From Acetobacterium sp. (GTDB lineage Bacteria > Bacillota > Clostridia > Eubacteriales > Eubacteriaceae), in NCBI GenBank assembly GCA_028692885.1, contig JAQUWM010000002.1, positions 15,403 through 79,402 on the forward strand: a stretch of DNA of 64,000 nucleotides. The letters are read 5' to 3'. Shown piece after piece: positions 50,800 through 62,328 of the stretch (position 1 is the stretch's first letter; every line of letters starts with the position of its first letter). The position numbers and the translations under genes are program-made. A model generated the notes under the pieces. The model did not search any database. It saw only the letters and a program-made list of their open reading frames with translations, and was not told the DNA's origin.

Positions 50800-50993
50800 A
50801 GACTGGTAATTGTACAAGTCAACAGCCCATTTATCATCGTTTGAGACGAAATATTTTTATGTTATACCATTGTTTTTGTTTTAATTAGGATCCTATTATG
50901 GTATAATACAAATGTTACAAAAATAATAAAAATTTGCAGTAAAAGTAACAAACAAACAGACAGGTCACACTAAGATTGTGGGAAAGGGGAAAA

Positions 50994-52277
50994 ATGAAAA
51001 AACATCGAATTATATCAGGTATCGTTACTGGTTCTCTGGTTTTGGCATTTTTAACAGCACCCGTCAATGCGGCATCATTAACCGAGCAGTTAGCAGAAAG
51101 TAATGCTCGGCAGGCGGCAGCAAAGTATCAGGTTGATATGACTCAAAATACCATTAATGGAATTGAGGCAGAAATTAGCAAAGTCAATGAAGAAGTTAAT
51201 CGAATCAGTGAGGTGATTGGTGCGATCAATGCTGAAATATCAGCCATTGAAGCCGATATAGCAAAAAAACAGGAAGAACTTAAAATTGCAGAGGCAAAAA
51301 AACTGGAACAGGAAGAAGCCATGAGTGATCGGGTCCGAGCCATGTATATGTACGGCAACGGCAGCGTTATGGAATTCATCTTCTCAGCTTCGGATTTCTC
51401 TGATTTTATCACAAAATTGGATATGTCCCGTTACATTATGTCGGCGGACAAGGACTCCCTGAATGCTCTGGAAGAAATTAAAGAAGTAATCGATGAGAAA
51501 AAACTGAGCATTGAGGCAGATCGATTGAAGACAGTTGAGAAAAAAACAGAACAGGAAGTTGTTTTAACTCAGCAGGAAGAAGTATTGGCTCAAAAAGATC
51601 AGCTATTGGCTCAAAATCAATCAGCGCTTAATGAATACAAGGCGATTGAAGAATCAGAAGCAGCAACTTCGGCTGATATTGAAGGACAATTACAGGCCTA
51701 TTATGAACAACAGCGTGCTGCTGCAGAACAGGCTGCTGTAGCACAGGCCGCTGCCGCTCAGAATAGTGGAAACAGTGAAGCCACAGACGACACGGCAAAC
51801 AGTGGCGAAGATGCTGCCAACTCCGGTAGTGAAGGTGCTACCAACTCTGGTGGTGAAGATACTTCCAACTCCGGTGGATCAACAGCTCCGCCAGTATATT
51901 CCAGCTCTTATGTCTGGCCATGTTATGGAGATACCACCAGTGAATACGGCTGGAGAATCCATCCCATCTGGGGTGATTCCCGCTTCCATGCTGGCGTTGA
52001 TATTGGAGCGTCATCGGGCACACCAGTGGCCTGTGCCGGAAACGGTACGGTAATCTCGGCCGGTTGGAACGGTGGTTATGGGAATTGTGTGATCGTCGAT
52101 ATAGGCAACGGCTTATCGGCGGTATATGCCCATTTAAGTGCAATAAATGTCTCGGCGGGGCAAACCGTCTCAGCGGGTCAGACCGTTGGCGCAGTTGGCA
52201 GTACCGGAGACTCAACCGGAGCCCATCTTCATTACGAAGTGCGCTTGTATGGATCACCAATTAGTCCCTATATCTAA
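50994..52277 (+). CDS. Coiled-coil M23 peptidase (EnvC/CwlO-like), paralog 1
   Basis: Signal peptide, coiled coil, HAGVD and HLHYE. Confidence 0.9.
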   Translation: MKKHRIISGIVTGSLVLAFLTAPVNAASLTEQLAESNARQAAAKYQVDMTQNTINGIEAEISKVNEEVNRISEVIGAINAEISAIEADIAKKQEELKIAEAKKLEQEEAMSDRVRAMYMYGNGSVMEFIFSASDFSDFITKLDMSRYIMSADKDSLNALEEIKEVIDEKKLSIEADRLKTVEKKTEQEVVLTQQEEVLAQKDQLLAQNQSALNEYKAIEESEAATSADIEGQLQAYYEQQRAAAEQAAVAQAAAAQNSGNSEATDDTANSGEDAANSGSEGATNSGGEDTSNSGGSTAPPVYSSSYVWPCYGDTTSEYGWRIHPIWGDSRFHAGVDIGASSGTPVACAGNGTVISAGWNGGYGNCVIVDIGNGLSAVYAHLSAINVSAGQTVSAGQTVGAVGSTGDSTGAHLHYEVRLYGSPISPYI

Positions 52278-52297
52278 AATTTAGTTTGAGCGATATT

Positions 52298-52344
52298 AAA
52301 ATAAAGGGAGAAGAGATGCATGGCAATCTTCTCTCTTTTATTTT
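52298..52344 (+). terminator. Intrinsic terminator
   Basis: AAAGGGAGAAGA...TCTTCTCTCTTTTATTTT. Confidence 0.65.
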
Positions 52345-52635
52345 GTCTAAAAATCAGGAGCAACATAAAAGATAATTTTGGATACATTTGTTACAAAAAA
52401 TTTATTTTTATAATGAAATTATTCAAAAAGTGTGCTAAAATAAAGGCAGGTTCGAAAAGGAATGCTCAGATGGTCTAGAAAGCTGGCCGATCTTCAGAAG
52501 TCTTTTACATTCCATATTAACTAATTAAAATTATCTTAACTTATCAAAAAACATTTAAGAAAAAATAGGATAGTACGTGTTAAAATGCACTGTCAAATCA
52601 ATGTGGATGGTAGGTAATTTAGGAGTGGCTAAGAT

Positions 52636-53325
52636 ATGATAGAATTTAAAAATGTAAGCAAGGGTTATGATAAAAATAAGAGTGATGCGCTTAAAAATGT
52701 GAGTCTCTTTATTGACAAGGGTGAGTTTGTCTTTCTTGTTGGCAGAAGTGGGGCGGGGAAATCCACCTTTATTAAGCTTCTCTTAAGAGAAATAGAAGCC
52801 ACGGAAGGGACAGTTTATATTAATAATTTTAACGTCTCAAAACTTTCGAAAAAAGAAATTCCTTTTTTAAGGCGAAAAATGGGAATTGTCTTTCAGGACT
52901 TTCGTCTACTGGAAAATAAAAGTGTTTATGAAAATGTGGCTTACGCCATGGAAATAATCGGAAAATCAGAGCGACAGATCCAAAAACGGGTGCCCTTGGC
53001 ATTAGATATGGTTGGCTTATCCCATCGGATGAATCACTATCCTCATGAGCTATCTGGAGGAGAACAACAGCGGGTGGTCATTGCCCGGGCGATTATTAAT
53101 AATCCGTCTATTTTAATTTGTGATGAGCCCACCGGAAACCTTGATCCAGAAACGTCTTATGAAATCATCAGTATCTTAGAAGAAATCAACCGCCGCGGAA
53201 CGACGATTCTGGTGGTAACCCATGATCGGGAAATTGTTGATACCATGAAAAAACGGGTTTTGACATTGGAAGATGGTGTGCTCAAGGTAGATGATGCGAC
53301 AGGCAGGTACGGATATGAAGTTTAG
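52636..53325 (+). CDS. ftsE: Cell division ATPase
   Basis: [27 protein letters not shown]. Confidence 0.95.
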   Translation: MIEFKNVSKGYDKNKSDALKNVSLFIDKGEFVFLVGRSGAGKSTFIKLLLREIEATEGTVYINNFNVSKLSKKEIPFLRRKMGIVFQDFRLLENKSVYENVAYAMEIIGKSERQIQKRVPLALDMVGLSHRMNHYPHELSGGEQQRVVIARAIINNPSILICDEPTGNLDPETSYEIISILEEINRRGTTILVVTHDREIVDTMKKRVLTLEDGVLKVDDATGRYGYEV

Positions 53326-54232
53326 TTCCATCAAGACAATGCCCAAAAATGTTGTTCGGGATACGGTCAAAAGCATCGAGCGTAATAATCTGATGAGTGC
53401 TGCTTCGGTGTTGTCGGTTATCGCTGCCTTAATCATCCTGGGTATTTTTCTGATCTTAACCATTAATGTCCAGGAAGTAACCAAAGATGTTGAATCAAAA
53501 TTGGAATTGAAAATATTTCTCCAGTCAGATTTCACTGATACCCAAAAAACGGCGATTGAGCAGGCACTTGAAAAAAGTGCTTTAGTCGAAAATGTAACCT
53601 TTGAAAGCGCTGAAGAGGCATTAGAAAAATTCACGGTCAGTCTGGAAGATTATGCCCCGCTACTCAGTGGCTATAATTCAGAAAACAACCCGATGCCGGC
53701 ATCCTTCGTTGTCCGGGTAACCGACCCTGAGGATATGGATGAAGTTCAAAATCTGGCAATGTCGTTTAGTGGTCAAGGGGTCGAATATGTTCGTTATGGC
53801 CAGGAATATGTGGAAGCACTGGTGAGTTTTAATAAATTTACCAACACTTTAAGTCTGGTGGTGCTGGTGGTGCTATCGATGATTTCCATCTTTATTATAT
53901 ACAATACCATTAAATTAACTGTTTTTGCCAGACGTCGGGAAATTGGGATCATGAAGTATGTCGGTGCGACCAATGCCTATATTCGGGCGCCCTTTATTCT
54001 GGAAGGAACCCTATTGGGTTTAGTGGGAGCCATTGTGGCATTCCTGATTATTCGGATCACCTATTATTATATTTTGGGTTTAGTTGGCGGAAATCTCTTT
54101 CTGCCGGTTGATGCCACCCTGGCTGCCCCGGATGCAGTGATGGGACAACTGATATTCTTTTTCCTGCTTTATGGTGGCTTTATCGGAGCAGTTGGTAGCG
54201 TATTTGCGATTCGCAAATTTTTGGATGTATAA
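53315..54232 (+). CDS. ftsX: Cell division permease
   Basis: NTIKLTVFARRREIGIMKYVGAT, PFILEG. Confidence 0.95.
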   Translation: MKFSSIKTMPKNVVRDTVKSIERNNLMSAASVLSVIAALIILGIFLILTINVQEVTKDVESKLELKIFLQSDFTDTQKTAIEQALEKSALVENVTFESAEEALEKFTVSLEDYAPLLSGYNSENNPMPASFVVRVTDPEDMDEVQNLAMSFSGQGVEYVRYGQEYVEALVSFNKFTNTLSLVVLVVLSMISIFIIYNTIKLTVFARRREIGIMKYVGATNAYIRAPFILEGTLLGLVGAIVAFLIIRITYYYILGLVGGNLFLPVDATLAAPDAVMGQLIFFFLLYGGFIGAVGSVFAIRKFLDV

Positions 54233-54268
54233 GTGATTAGACTTGGTCAAATACAGGAGGATTGTCGG

Positions 54269-55438
54269 ATGACAAAAAAACGAATTATTTCAGGCATTAT
54301 CGGTATAATGGTGACATTGGGGATGCTGATATCGCCGGTCAATGCAGCTTCGCTAACAGAACAACTGGCGGAAAGTAATGAAAAACAGGCCGCTGCCCAA
54401 TATCAAATTGATATGACGCAAAATACCATTGCTGGTATTGAAACTGAAATTGGCAAAGCCAATGAAGAAATGAGCCGGATTTCGGGTGTTATTGACACAA
54501 TCAATGCGGAAATTGCCGTATTGGAAGCTAATATTGAGAAAACTCAGAAAGAATTGGATATTGCTGAAACAAAACGTCAGGAACAGGAAGCATCCATGAA
54601 CGAGCGCGTTCGGACCATGTATATGTATGGCAATGCCAGCATGCTCGAATTTTTATTTACGTCAAGTGATTTTGCTGATTTTGTAACCAAGGTTGACATG
54701 TCCCGATATATTATTGAATCGGATAAATCATCATTGGATGCCTTAGCTGAAACGAAACGAATGATTGATGAAAAGAAGGCCAAAATTGAAGCAGATCGTC
54801 TTCAAACGGTCGCTAAAAAGTCTGAACAGGAAACGGCCTTATCTCAACAACAGGAGATCAAGGCTCAAAAAGACAGCTTATTAGCTCAAAATCAGGCACT
54901 TGTAGCTGAGTATCAGGCAATTGTGGCGGCTGAAGCAGCCAATGCCGCGAGTATTGAAGCTCAGGTACGGGAAATGATGGCAGCTCAGGCGGCCGCCGCT
55001 GGGGGGTCAACGACTGGCGGAAACACCAGTTTTGTACCATCGAACGGAACGTATCAATGGCCTTGCCCGGGTTATTATCCATCTGCGGATGATGATTTCT
55101 TTGGTACCCGACTCCATCCGATCTGGGGTGATTACCGGACCCATTACGGTGTCGACATGGGTGCTCCATCCGGAACGCCAATCCAGGCTATGGGTAACGG
55201 ATCGATCATCTCAGCAGGTTGGAATGGCGGCTATGGAAATTGTGTCATTGTCGATCTTGGAAATGGCGTTCAGGCGATGTATGCTCATATGAGTGGAGTT
55301 GCTGTATCATCAGGCCAAACCGTCAATAAGGGTGATGTGGTCGGATACGTCGGTTCAACCGGCGATTCCACTGGCGCCCATCTCCACTTTGGGGTACTTT
55401 CCGGGGGATCATTTGTGGATCCTTTAGGATATTTTTAA
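54269..55438 (+). CDS. Coiled-coil M23 peptidase, paralog 2
   Basis: AASLTEQLAESN N-terminus, HYGVD and HLHFG. Confidence 0.9.
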   Translation: MTKKRIISGIIGIMVTLGMLISPVNAASLTEQLAESNEKQAAAQYQIDMTQNTIAGIETEIGKANEEMSRISGVIDTINAEIAVLEANIEKTQKELDIAETKRQEQEASMNERVRTMYMYGNASMLEFLFTSSDFADFVTKVDMSRYIIESDKSSLDALAETKRMIDEKKAKIEADRLQTVAKKSEQETALSQQQEIKAQKDSLLAQNQALVAEYQAIVAAEAANAASIEAQVREMMAAQAAAAGGSTTGGNTSFVPSNGTYQWPCPGYYPSADDDFFGTRLHPIWGDYRTHYGVDMGAPSGTPIQAMGNGSIISAGWNGGYGNCVIVDLGNGVQAMYAHMSGVAVSSGQTVNKGDVVGYVGSTGDSTGAHLHFGVLSGGSFVDPLGYF

Positions 55439-55544
55439 GCGAAACATTGTAGAATATAACGAAAGAACAGGAACAAAGAATCATGATTCTTTGCTCCTGT
55501 TTTTTTGCAGTAGAAAAAATAAATTTAGGATCAGGTGAAAGACA

Positions 55545-56744
55545 ATGGAAAACAAATCAAAGAAAACAAAGCTCATCGTGATAATCGCGGTACTCATCAT
55601 CACGAATATGATCACCTTTACAGTGGCCACAACCGCTAATATGCTGCTGGGAAATAAGCTGATTGTGACGGTTGACAGCAGCGAAACGGCGGCGGGAATT
55701 AGAAAATTATTAGCTCTAAAAGAACAGATTGGCTTAGAATATTATAAAGATGTCGATAACGTGACCCTCATTGATGGTGCCATTAAAGGGATGTTTGATA
55801 GCCTGGGTGATCCCTACAGCACTTATTTTACCGCTGCAGAATTTAATAAATATATGGAGTTGGCCACTGGCGTCTATGAAGGGATTGGCGTGGTGGTAAC
55901 CGAAGATGAACAGGGCTATACCACTGTTATTGCTCCGCAAAAAGGTACACCGGCAGAGGCTGCCGGGATTAAAACCGGTGACAAGATTATTAAGGTAGAT
56001 GGTGAAGATGTCAGCACCATCGGATCAGATGCAGTTGTCGCAAAAGTGAAGGGTCCGGCTGATACGACGGTCAACATTACCATTGCCAGAGGTGAGGAAA
56101 TCATCGAAATGCAGTTGGTTCGAAAAACCATTGAAGCAAAAACGGTGGAATCTCGGGTGATTGGCGATAAAGGCTATATTCAAATCAGTGAGTTTACCGA
56201 TAAAACTGCTGACGATTTTGAAATCCAGCTGAGTGAGCTATTGGCGCAAAACATCACCGGCCTGGTCATTGATTTACGCAGTAACCCCGGTGGTGGGGTC
56301 AAAGAAGCGGTGGAAATAGCCGACCGCATTCTCGGCCAAACGATGGTTGTTTATACGGTTGACAAAAACGGTAATAAGACGGAATATACATCAGATGGCG
56401 AAGAGCAGCTTAGCTTGCCGATGGTAGTGCTGGTGGATGGCGGATCAGCGAGTTCGGCAGAAATCTTAGCCGGTGCCCTTCAGGATACCGGAGCCGCCCA
56501 ATTGGTGGGAACCAAGACCTTTGGTAAGGGCATTGTTCAGGAAATCATCAGTCTTACCGATGGTGGCGGCTTTAAGGTGACAAACTCTGAATATTTTACC
56601 CCCAACGGTAATAATATTCACGAGAAAGGATTGGAACCAAATATTGTCATCGAAGCCACCGACTTTATGAAAAATAATATTTTCACTGATGAGGAAGATA
56701 ATCAGCTTCAAAAAGCACTGCAAGTGCTTAACGGAACCAATTAA
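55545..56744 (+). CDS. ctpA: S41 carboxyl-terminal protease
   Basis: DPYS, PDZ, DLRSNPGG, SASSAEI, TFGKG. Confidence 0.92.
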   Translation: MENKSKKTKLIVIIAVLIITNMITFTVATTANMLLGNKLIVTVDSSETAAGIRKLLALKEQIGLEYYKDVDNVTLIDGAIKGMFDSLGDPYSTYFTAAEFNKYMELATGVYEGIGVVVTEDEQGYTTVIAPQKGTPAEAAGIKTGDKIIKVDGEDVSTIGSDAVVAKVKGPADTTVNITIARGEEIIEMQLVRKTIEAKTVESRVIGDKGYIQISEFTDKTADDFEIQLSELLAQNITGLVIDLRSNPGGGVKEAVEIADRILGQTMVVYTVDKNGNKTEYTSDGEEQLSLPMVVLVDGGSASSAEILAGALQDTGAAQLVGTKTFGKGIVQEIISLTDGGGFKVTNSEYFTPNGNNIHEKGLEPNIVIEATDFMKNNIFTDEEDNQLQKALQVLNGTN

Positions 56745-56827
56745 ATTTTTGAGCATGCCATCTTGGCATGCTTTTTCAATTTTAAGAACAAAAGATTAAG
56801 AATTTATTAAATCAGAAGGATTACCAT

Positions 56828-56872
56828 TTGCCATTAAAAAAAAGCTGTGGTAAAATAACAGAACGAATGTTC
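56828..56872 (+). promoter_or_regulatory. uvrBA promoter with LexA (Cheo) box
   Basis: TTGCCA-17-TAAAAT followed by GAAC-GAAT-GTTC at 56861-56872. Confidence 0.8.
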
Positions 56873-56895
56873 ATTCGATTGATTGGAGGGTGCTG

Positions 56896-58872
56896 ATGAA
56901 AGAAATGAAGCATGCATTTAAAGTTGTCTCCGAATACGAACCTAAGGGCGATCAGGGACCGGCCATTGAAAAAATTTCCCAAGGAATCTGTGAGGGGTTA
57001 AAATATCAAACCTTATTGGGGGTAACTGGATCAGGAAAAACCTATACCATGGCCAAGGTCATCGAGGCGGTGCAAAAACCAACCCTGGTGATTGCCCATA
57101 ATAAGACTCTGGCGGCTCAGCTGACTAATGAATTCCGGAGTTTTTTTCCGGATAATGCGGTCGAATATTTTGTCAGCTATTATGATTATTATCAGCCGGA
57201 AGCCTATGTGCCGCACTCGGATCTGTTTATTGAAAAAGACTCATCGATCAACGATGAAATAGATAAATTGCGGCACTCCGCCACGGCCGCCCTGTTTGAA
57301 CGCCGGGATGTGATTGTGGTTGCCAGTGTGTCCTGTATTTATGGTCTGGGTAGTCCCTTTGATTATGAAAACATGATGCTTTCGCTCCGTCCGGGAATGG
57401 AAAAAGATCGCGATACGATCATCCGGAAACTGGTCGATATTCAGTTCACCCGCAACGACATTGCCTTTGAGCGGAATAATTTTCGGGTCAGAGGGGATAT
57501 CCTCGAGATATTTCCGTCGGCCTCATCAAATAAAGCGATTCGTCTGGAATTCTTCGGTGATGAAATTGAGCGGATTACAGAGATCGATACTCTGACTGGC
57601 GAGATTTATGGTGAGCTGAATCATGTCTCGATATTCCCGGCCTCCCATCATACCACCACGCCCGGAAATCTGGAACGGGCAATTTCGGGAATTCAGCAGG
57701 AACTTAGGCAGCGTTATGATGAATATACCAATAACAATCGCTTAGTGGAAGCGCAGCGGATTTTGCAACGAACCAACTATGACATTGAAATGCTGCGGGA
57801 GATGGGTTATTGCAACGGGATTGAGAACTACACCCGCTACATCAATGGTTTGCCCCCGGGATCGCCACCCTATACCCTGATTGACTATTTCCCTAAGGAT
57901 TTTCTGATCATTGCCGATGAGTCCCACGTTTCGATCCCCCAGATTGGCGGGATGTACGCTGGGGATAAGGCCCGCAAGAGCAATCTGGTCGACTATGGCT
58001 TCCGTCTGCCCTCAGCCTATGATAACCGGCCGTTGAATTTTTCTGAATTTGAAAGCAAGATTAATCAGATTGTCTTCACCACAGCCACACCGAGCAAATA
58101 CGAAAAAGAACATAGTCAGAATACCGTTGAGCTGATCATCCGACCCACCGGTCTGATCGATCCCCAGATAATCGTTCGCCCGGTGGCTGGTCAGATTGAT
58201 GACCTGCTGGGTGAAATCAAATTGACCACTGGCAAAGGAAATCGGGTCTTGGTTACGACCTTAACAAAGAAAATGGCTGAGGATCTTACTGATTACCTGA
58301 AAGAAAATGGAATCCTGGTAAATTACCTCCATTCCGATATCGATACCATTGAGCGAATGAAAATTCTCCGTGATTTACGATTGGGTACCTTTGATGTGCT
58401 GGTGGGGATCAACCTGCTCCGGGAAGGGCTTGACCTGCCGGAGGTTGGTCTGGTAGCGATTCTGGATGCTGATAAGGAAGGGTTTCTGCGATCAGAAACT
58501 GCCCTGATTCAAACCGTTGGCCGGGCCGCCCGTAACCTCGAAGGTCATGTCATTATGTATGCTGATAAGATCACCCCCTCGATGGATCGGGCCATCGGTG
58601 AAACCAATCGCCGTCGAGCTATTCAAACGGCCTATAATGAAGCGCATCACATTACCCCCAGCTCAGTCAAAAAAGACATCCGTTCCATCATTGAGGCAAC
58701 CAAGGTGGCTGAAGAGTCAGCAACCTATGCGATTGGCGATGAAGCGATCGATATTGATATCAAAATCAAAGAACTGGAACTGGAAATGCTGACGGCGGCG
58801 GAAGCGTTGGAATTTGAACGAGCGGCCAAACTACGAGACGAAATTCATCATCTTAAAAATTACCGAAGATAA
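56896..58872 (+). CDS. uvrB: Excinuclease ABC subunit B
   Basis: [30 protein letters not shown]. Confidence 0.98.
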   Translation: MKEMKHAFKVVSEYEPKGDQGPAIEKISQGICEGLKYQTLLGVTGSGKTYTMAKVIEAVQKPTLVIAHNKTLAAQLTNEFRSFFPDNAVEYFVSYYDYYQPEAYVPHSDLFIEKDSSINDEIDKLRHSATAALFERRDVIVVASVSCIYGLGSPFDYENMMLSLRPGMEKDRDTIIRKLVDIQFTRNDIAFERNNFRVRGDILEIFPSASSNKAIRLEFFGDEIERITEIDTLTGEIYGELNHVSIFPASHHTTTPGNLERAISGIQQELRQRYDEYTNNNRLVEAQRILQRTNYDIEMLREMGYCNGIENYTRYINGLPPGSPPYTLIDYFPKDFLIIADESHVSIPQIGGMYAGDKARKSNLVDYGFRLPSAYDNRPLNFSEFESKINQIVFTTATPSKYEKEHSQNTVELIIRPTGLIDPQIIVRPVAGQIDDLLGEIKLTTGKGNRVLVTTLTKKMAEDLTDYLKENGILVNYLHSDIDTIERMKILRDLRLGTFDVLVGINLLREGLDLPEVGLVAILDADKEGFLRSETALIQTVGRAARNLEGHVIMYADKITPSMDRAIGETNRRRAIQTAYNEAHHITPSSVKKDIRSIIEATKVAEESATYAIGDEAIDIDIKIKELELEMLTAAEALEFERAAKLRDEIHHLKNYRR

Positions 58873-58893
58873 GTGACCGATATAAGGAGAGAT

Positions 58894-61701
58894 ATGAAGT
58901 ATATCGAAATAAAAGGTGCCAAAGAGCACAACTTAAAAAACATCAACCTAAAAATACCTCGGGATCAGCTGGTCGTCTTTACCGGGCTGAGCGGATCTGG
59001 GAAGTCGTCACTGGCTTTTGATACCATTTATGCCGAAGGACAGCGCCGTTATATGGAGTCCCTTTCCTCCTATGCAAGGCAGTTTCTGGGTCAATCTCAG
59101 AAACCCAATGTCGAGAGCATTGATGGGCTGTCCCCGGCGATATCAATTGACCAGAAAACAACCAACCGCAATCCCCGATCCACGGTCGGAACAGTAACCG
59201 AGATTTATGATTATCTGCGGTTGCTGTACGCCAGAATTGGGATTCCCCATTGTCCCAAGTGCGGCAAGGTGGTAGAATCCCAATCGGTGGATCAGATTGT
59301 CGATCGGATCATGGCACTGCCAGAAAAAACAAAGTTTCAAATTCTGGCCCCGGTGGTCCGAAAGGAAAAGGGGCAGCATAAAAAAACCATCGATCATATC
59401 AAAAAAGAAGGCTTCGTACGAATCATTGTCGATGGGGAAGCGATGGAGGTCACCGACGAGATCAATCTTGATAAAAATAAGAAGCATAGTATCGAAGTAG
59501 TGGTGGATCGTTTGGTGGCCAAGGATAACCTGGGAAAACGGCTGTCCGATTCGCTCGAAATTGCTCTGAAGCTGTCCGGTGGATTGGTGATCTGTGATGT
59601 GATTGGGGGAGAGTCGCAGCTTTTTAGCGAAAAACTGGCCTGTGTCGATTGCGGCATTGCCATGGATGCGCTGGAGCCGCGAACCTTTTCATTCAATAAC
59701 CCCTTTGGGATGTGTCCGGATTGTCATGGTCTCGGCTTTCATCAGGAAGTCGACCCGGATTTATTGATCCCTGACAAAAGCTTAGCCATTGCCAATGGTG
59801 CGATCAAATTTTTTGGCTTAAAAAGTGATTCCAAATACTATTATAATTTAATCAAGGCGCTGGCCGAAAAACATCAGTTTTCGATTGAGACACCACTGCA
59901 AAATGCCAGCGAGGCATTTTTGCAGGCGCTTCTTTATGGCAGTGACGAGGTGCTGGAAATCGCCTATGAAGGCAAGTTTTCAGGAACCTATAGCTCCACC
60001 TTTGAAGGGTTGATTAAAAATATGGAGCGGCGTTATCTTGAAACGACCTCCGAACGGATGCGTTCTTTAATTGAGCGCTATATGTCGGAAACGCCCTGTC
60101 CGACCTGTCACGGTAAACGGCTGAATCCCACCAGTTTAGCGGTGACCGTTCACGAGCGGAATATTATTGAAATCACTGATATGTCGATCGGTCAATTGAT
60201 TGCGTTTTTTAAAAATCAAAAAATGACCGACCGGGAAATGATGATCGGTGAATCGATCTTTAAAGAAATTGATGCGCGGCTGAATTTTCTCAAAAACGTC
60301 GGGTTGGAATATTTAACCCTGTCACGAAATGCCGGCACCTTGTCCGGGGGCGAATCGCAACGGATTCGGCTGGCCACTCAGATTGGCTCTGGTCTGGTGG
60401 GGGTATTGTATGTTCTGGATGAACCCAGTATCGGGCTTCATCAGCGCGATAATCAGAAACTCTTAGAAACCCTGCGGCGGTTGACTGATTTGGGGAATTC
60501 TCTGATCGTGGTCGAACACGATGAAGAAACCATGCAGGCCGCCGACTATATTGTCGATATTGGCCCTGGTCCCGGGGTTCATGGCGGCGAAATCGTCGCC
60601 CAGGGAAGCCTGGCAGACATTATGGCAGTTCCGGAATCGGTCACCGGCCAGTATTTCAGCGGTAAGCGATTTATCCCGATTCCGGAAAAGCGCCGGGCCG
60701 GAACCGGAGAGACGATCAAAATTGTTGGCGCCCGCGAAAATAATTTGAAAAACCTGGACGTTGATATTCCGCTGGGAAAATTTGTCTGTGTGACTGGCGT
60801 TTCGGGATCGGGGAAAAGTACCCTGATCAATGAAATTCTCTACAAGGGGATTTCCCAGAAGCTTTATCGGAGTCTGAAAAAACCGGGGAAATATACTAGT
60901 ATTGAAGGGGTTGAATTGATCGACAAGGTGATTGATATCGATCAGTCACCGATTGGCAGAACCCCGCGCTCCAATCCGGCTACCTATACCGGCGTGTTTG
61001 ATCTGGTCCGGGATCTTTTTGCCAAAACCCCAGAAGCTAAAGCCAGGGGTTATCAGAAGGGTCGGTTCAGTTTTAATGTCAAGGGCGGCCGCTGTGAAAA
61101 ATGCAGCGGTGATGGGATTATCAAAATCGAAATGCATTTTCTGCCGGATGTTTATGTGCCCTGTGAGGTCTGCGGGGGAAAACGCTATAACCGCGAAACC
61201 CTGGAAGTGAAATATAAGGGCAAAAACATCGCTGATGTGCTCGATATGACGGTCGAAGAAGCGCTGCAATTTTTTAGCAATATTCCTAAAATTAATGATA
61301 AGCTTCAAACCTTATATGACGTTGGCCTCAGTTATGTGCGCTTGGGCCAACCCTCAACCCAGTTATCAGGCGGCGAAGCCCAGCGGGTTAAACTAGCCAC
61401 TGAATTAAGCAAACGCAATACCGGCAAAACGCTCTACGTTCTCGATGAACCGACCACCGGTCTGCACATCGCCGATGTCCATCAACTGATTACGGTGATC
61501 CAGCGGCTGGCCGACAGCGGTAGCACGGTGGTGGTCATTGAGCACCAGTTGGACATGATCAAGGTGGCCGACCACATCATCGATATGGGTCCGGAAGGCG
61601 GCGACGGTGGCGGTACCATCATTGCGATCGGAACCCCGGAAGAAATCGCTCAGGTTCCCGAATCCTACACCGGCCAATATCTGAAAAAAATCTTACCGTG
61701 A
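58894..61701 (+). CDS. uvrA: Excinuclease ABC subunit A
   Basis: Two ABC cassettes, Zn fingers, [14 protein letters not shown]. Confidence 0.98.
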   Translation: MKYIEIKGAKEHNLKNINLKIPRDQLVVFTGLSGSGKSSLAFDTIYAEGQRRYMESLSSYARQFLGQSQKPNVESIDGLSPAISIDQKTTNRNPRSTVGTVTEIYDYLRLLYARIGIPHCPKCGKVVESQSVDQIVDRIMALPEKTKFQILAPVVRKEKGQHKKTIDHIKKEGFVRIIVDGEAMEVTDEINLDKNKKHSIEVVVDRLVAKDNLGKRLSDSLEIALKLSGGLVICDVIGGESQLFSEKLACVDCGIAMDALEPRTFSFNNPFGMCPDCHGLGFHQEVDPDLLIPDKSLAIANGAIKFFGLKSDSKYYYNLIKALAEKHQFSIETPLQNASEAFLQALLYGSDEVLEIAYEGKFSGTYSSTFEGLIKNMERRYLETTSERMRSLIERYMSETPCPTCHGKRLNPTSLAVTVHERNIIEITDMSIGQLIAFFKNQKMTDREMMIGESIFKEIDARLNFLKNVGLEYLTLSRNAGTLSGGESQRIRLATQIGSGLVGVLYVLDEPSIGLHQRDNQKLLETLRRLTDLGNSLIVVEHDEETMQAADYIVDIGPGPGVHGGEIVAQGSLADIMAVPESVTGQYFSGKRFIPIPEKRRAGTGETIKIVGARENNLKNLDVDIPLGKFVCVTGVSGSGKSTLINEILYKGISQKLYRSLKKPGKYTSIEGVELIDKVIDIDQSPIGRTPRSNPATYTGVFDLVRDLFAKTPEAKARGYQKGRFSFNVKGGRCEKCSGDGIIKIEMHFLPDVYVPCEVCGGKRYNRETLEVKYKGKNIADVLDMTVEEALQFFSNIPKINDKLQTLYDVGLSYVRLGQPSTQLSGGEAQRVKLATELSKRNTGKTLYVLDEPTTGLHIADVHQLITVIQRLADSGSTVVVIEHQLDMIKVADHIIDMGPEGGDGGGTIIAIGTPEEIAQVPESYTGQYLKKILP

Positions 61702-61812
61702 TATGATAAGCAGTGTGCGGGTGAGGGTCTGACTTCTTGGTCATCACGGATCGCCCGCGCACTGCGCAATGGCCGGTTTAATTTATAACGGTTTAATTCA
61801 ACTTATATAGCT

Positions 61813-61845
61813 AAAAAAGAAAGCTGAAACCAGCTTTCTTTTTTG
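61813..61845. terminator. Intrinsic terminator after uvrA
   Basis: AAAAAAGAAAGCTG-AAAC-CAGCTTTCTTTTTT. Confidence 0.85.
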
Positions 61846-61894
61846 ATTGAATCGTTTAAACAAAGCTTAATAGCAGAAAAAAATTTTACATGCT

Positions 61895-61925
61895 AATTGA
61901 CAATGGATTTCAATTAGAGTATAAT
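61895..61925 (+). promoter_or_regulatory. feoAB consensus promoter overlapped by a Fur-like box
   Basis: TTGACA-17-TATAAT; AATTGACAATGGATTTCAATT dyad. Confidence 0.75.
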
Positions 61926-62013
61926 GTAACTAACAATAAGAAGATAGCCATGGGTAACAAATTGTGGCTGATCCCATTTATGAATTTAAACCATCAGAAT
62001 GGAAGGTGTGATT

Positions 62014-62238
62014 ATGTTTACTTTGAAAGATTTAAGACCAGGTCAAAAAGCCTGTGTCGGCTCTATTGCTGTTGAAGGTTTAATGCGACGTAAACTCATG
62101 GATATGGGTGTAACACCAGGTGTAGAGATTCAAGTTAATAAAACAGCTCCATTTGGGGATCCCATTGAGGTTCGCCTAAGAGGATATTCCCTCAGTCTCC
62201 GGAAAAAAGATGCTGAGAATATTTTAATGGTTCAGTAA
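62014..62238 (+). CDS. feoA: Ferrous iron transport protein A
   Basis: KLMDMGVTPG, APFGDP, LRGYSLSLR. Confidence 0.95.
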   Translation: MFTLKDLRPGQKACVGSIAVEGLMRRKLMDMGVTPGVEIQVNKTAPFGDPIEVRLRGYSLSLRKKDAENILMVQ

Positions 62239-62328
62239 TAAACGAGAAGCCACCTATATAGGTGGTTTCGTTGTTTAAAGTTATTTAATCAGAATTTAAT
62301 CTGGCATAAATGGAAATGAGGAATGGAA

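Noticed and set aside
50860-50950. WalR-type boxes (TGTTAC) before the M23 gene and ftsE
   Set aside because: Half-sites only; the direct-repeat spacing is not convincing.
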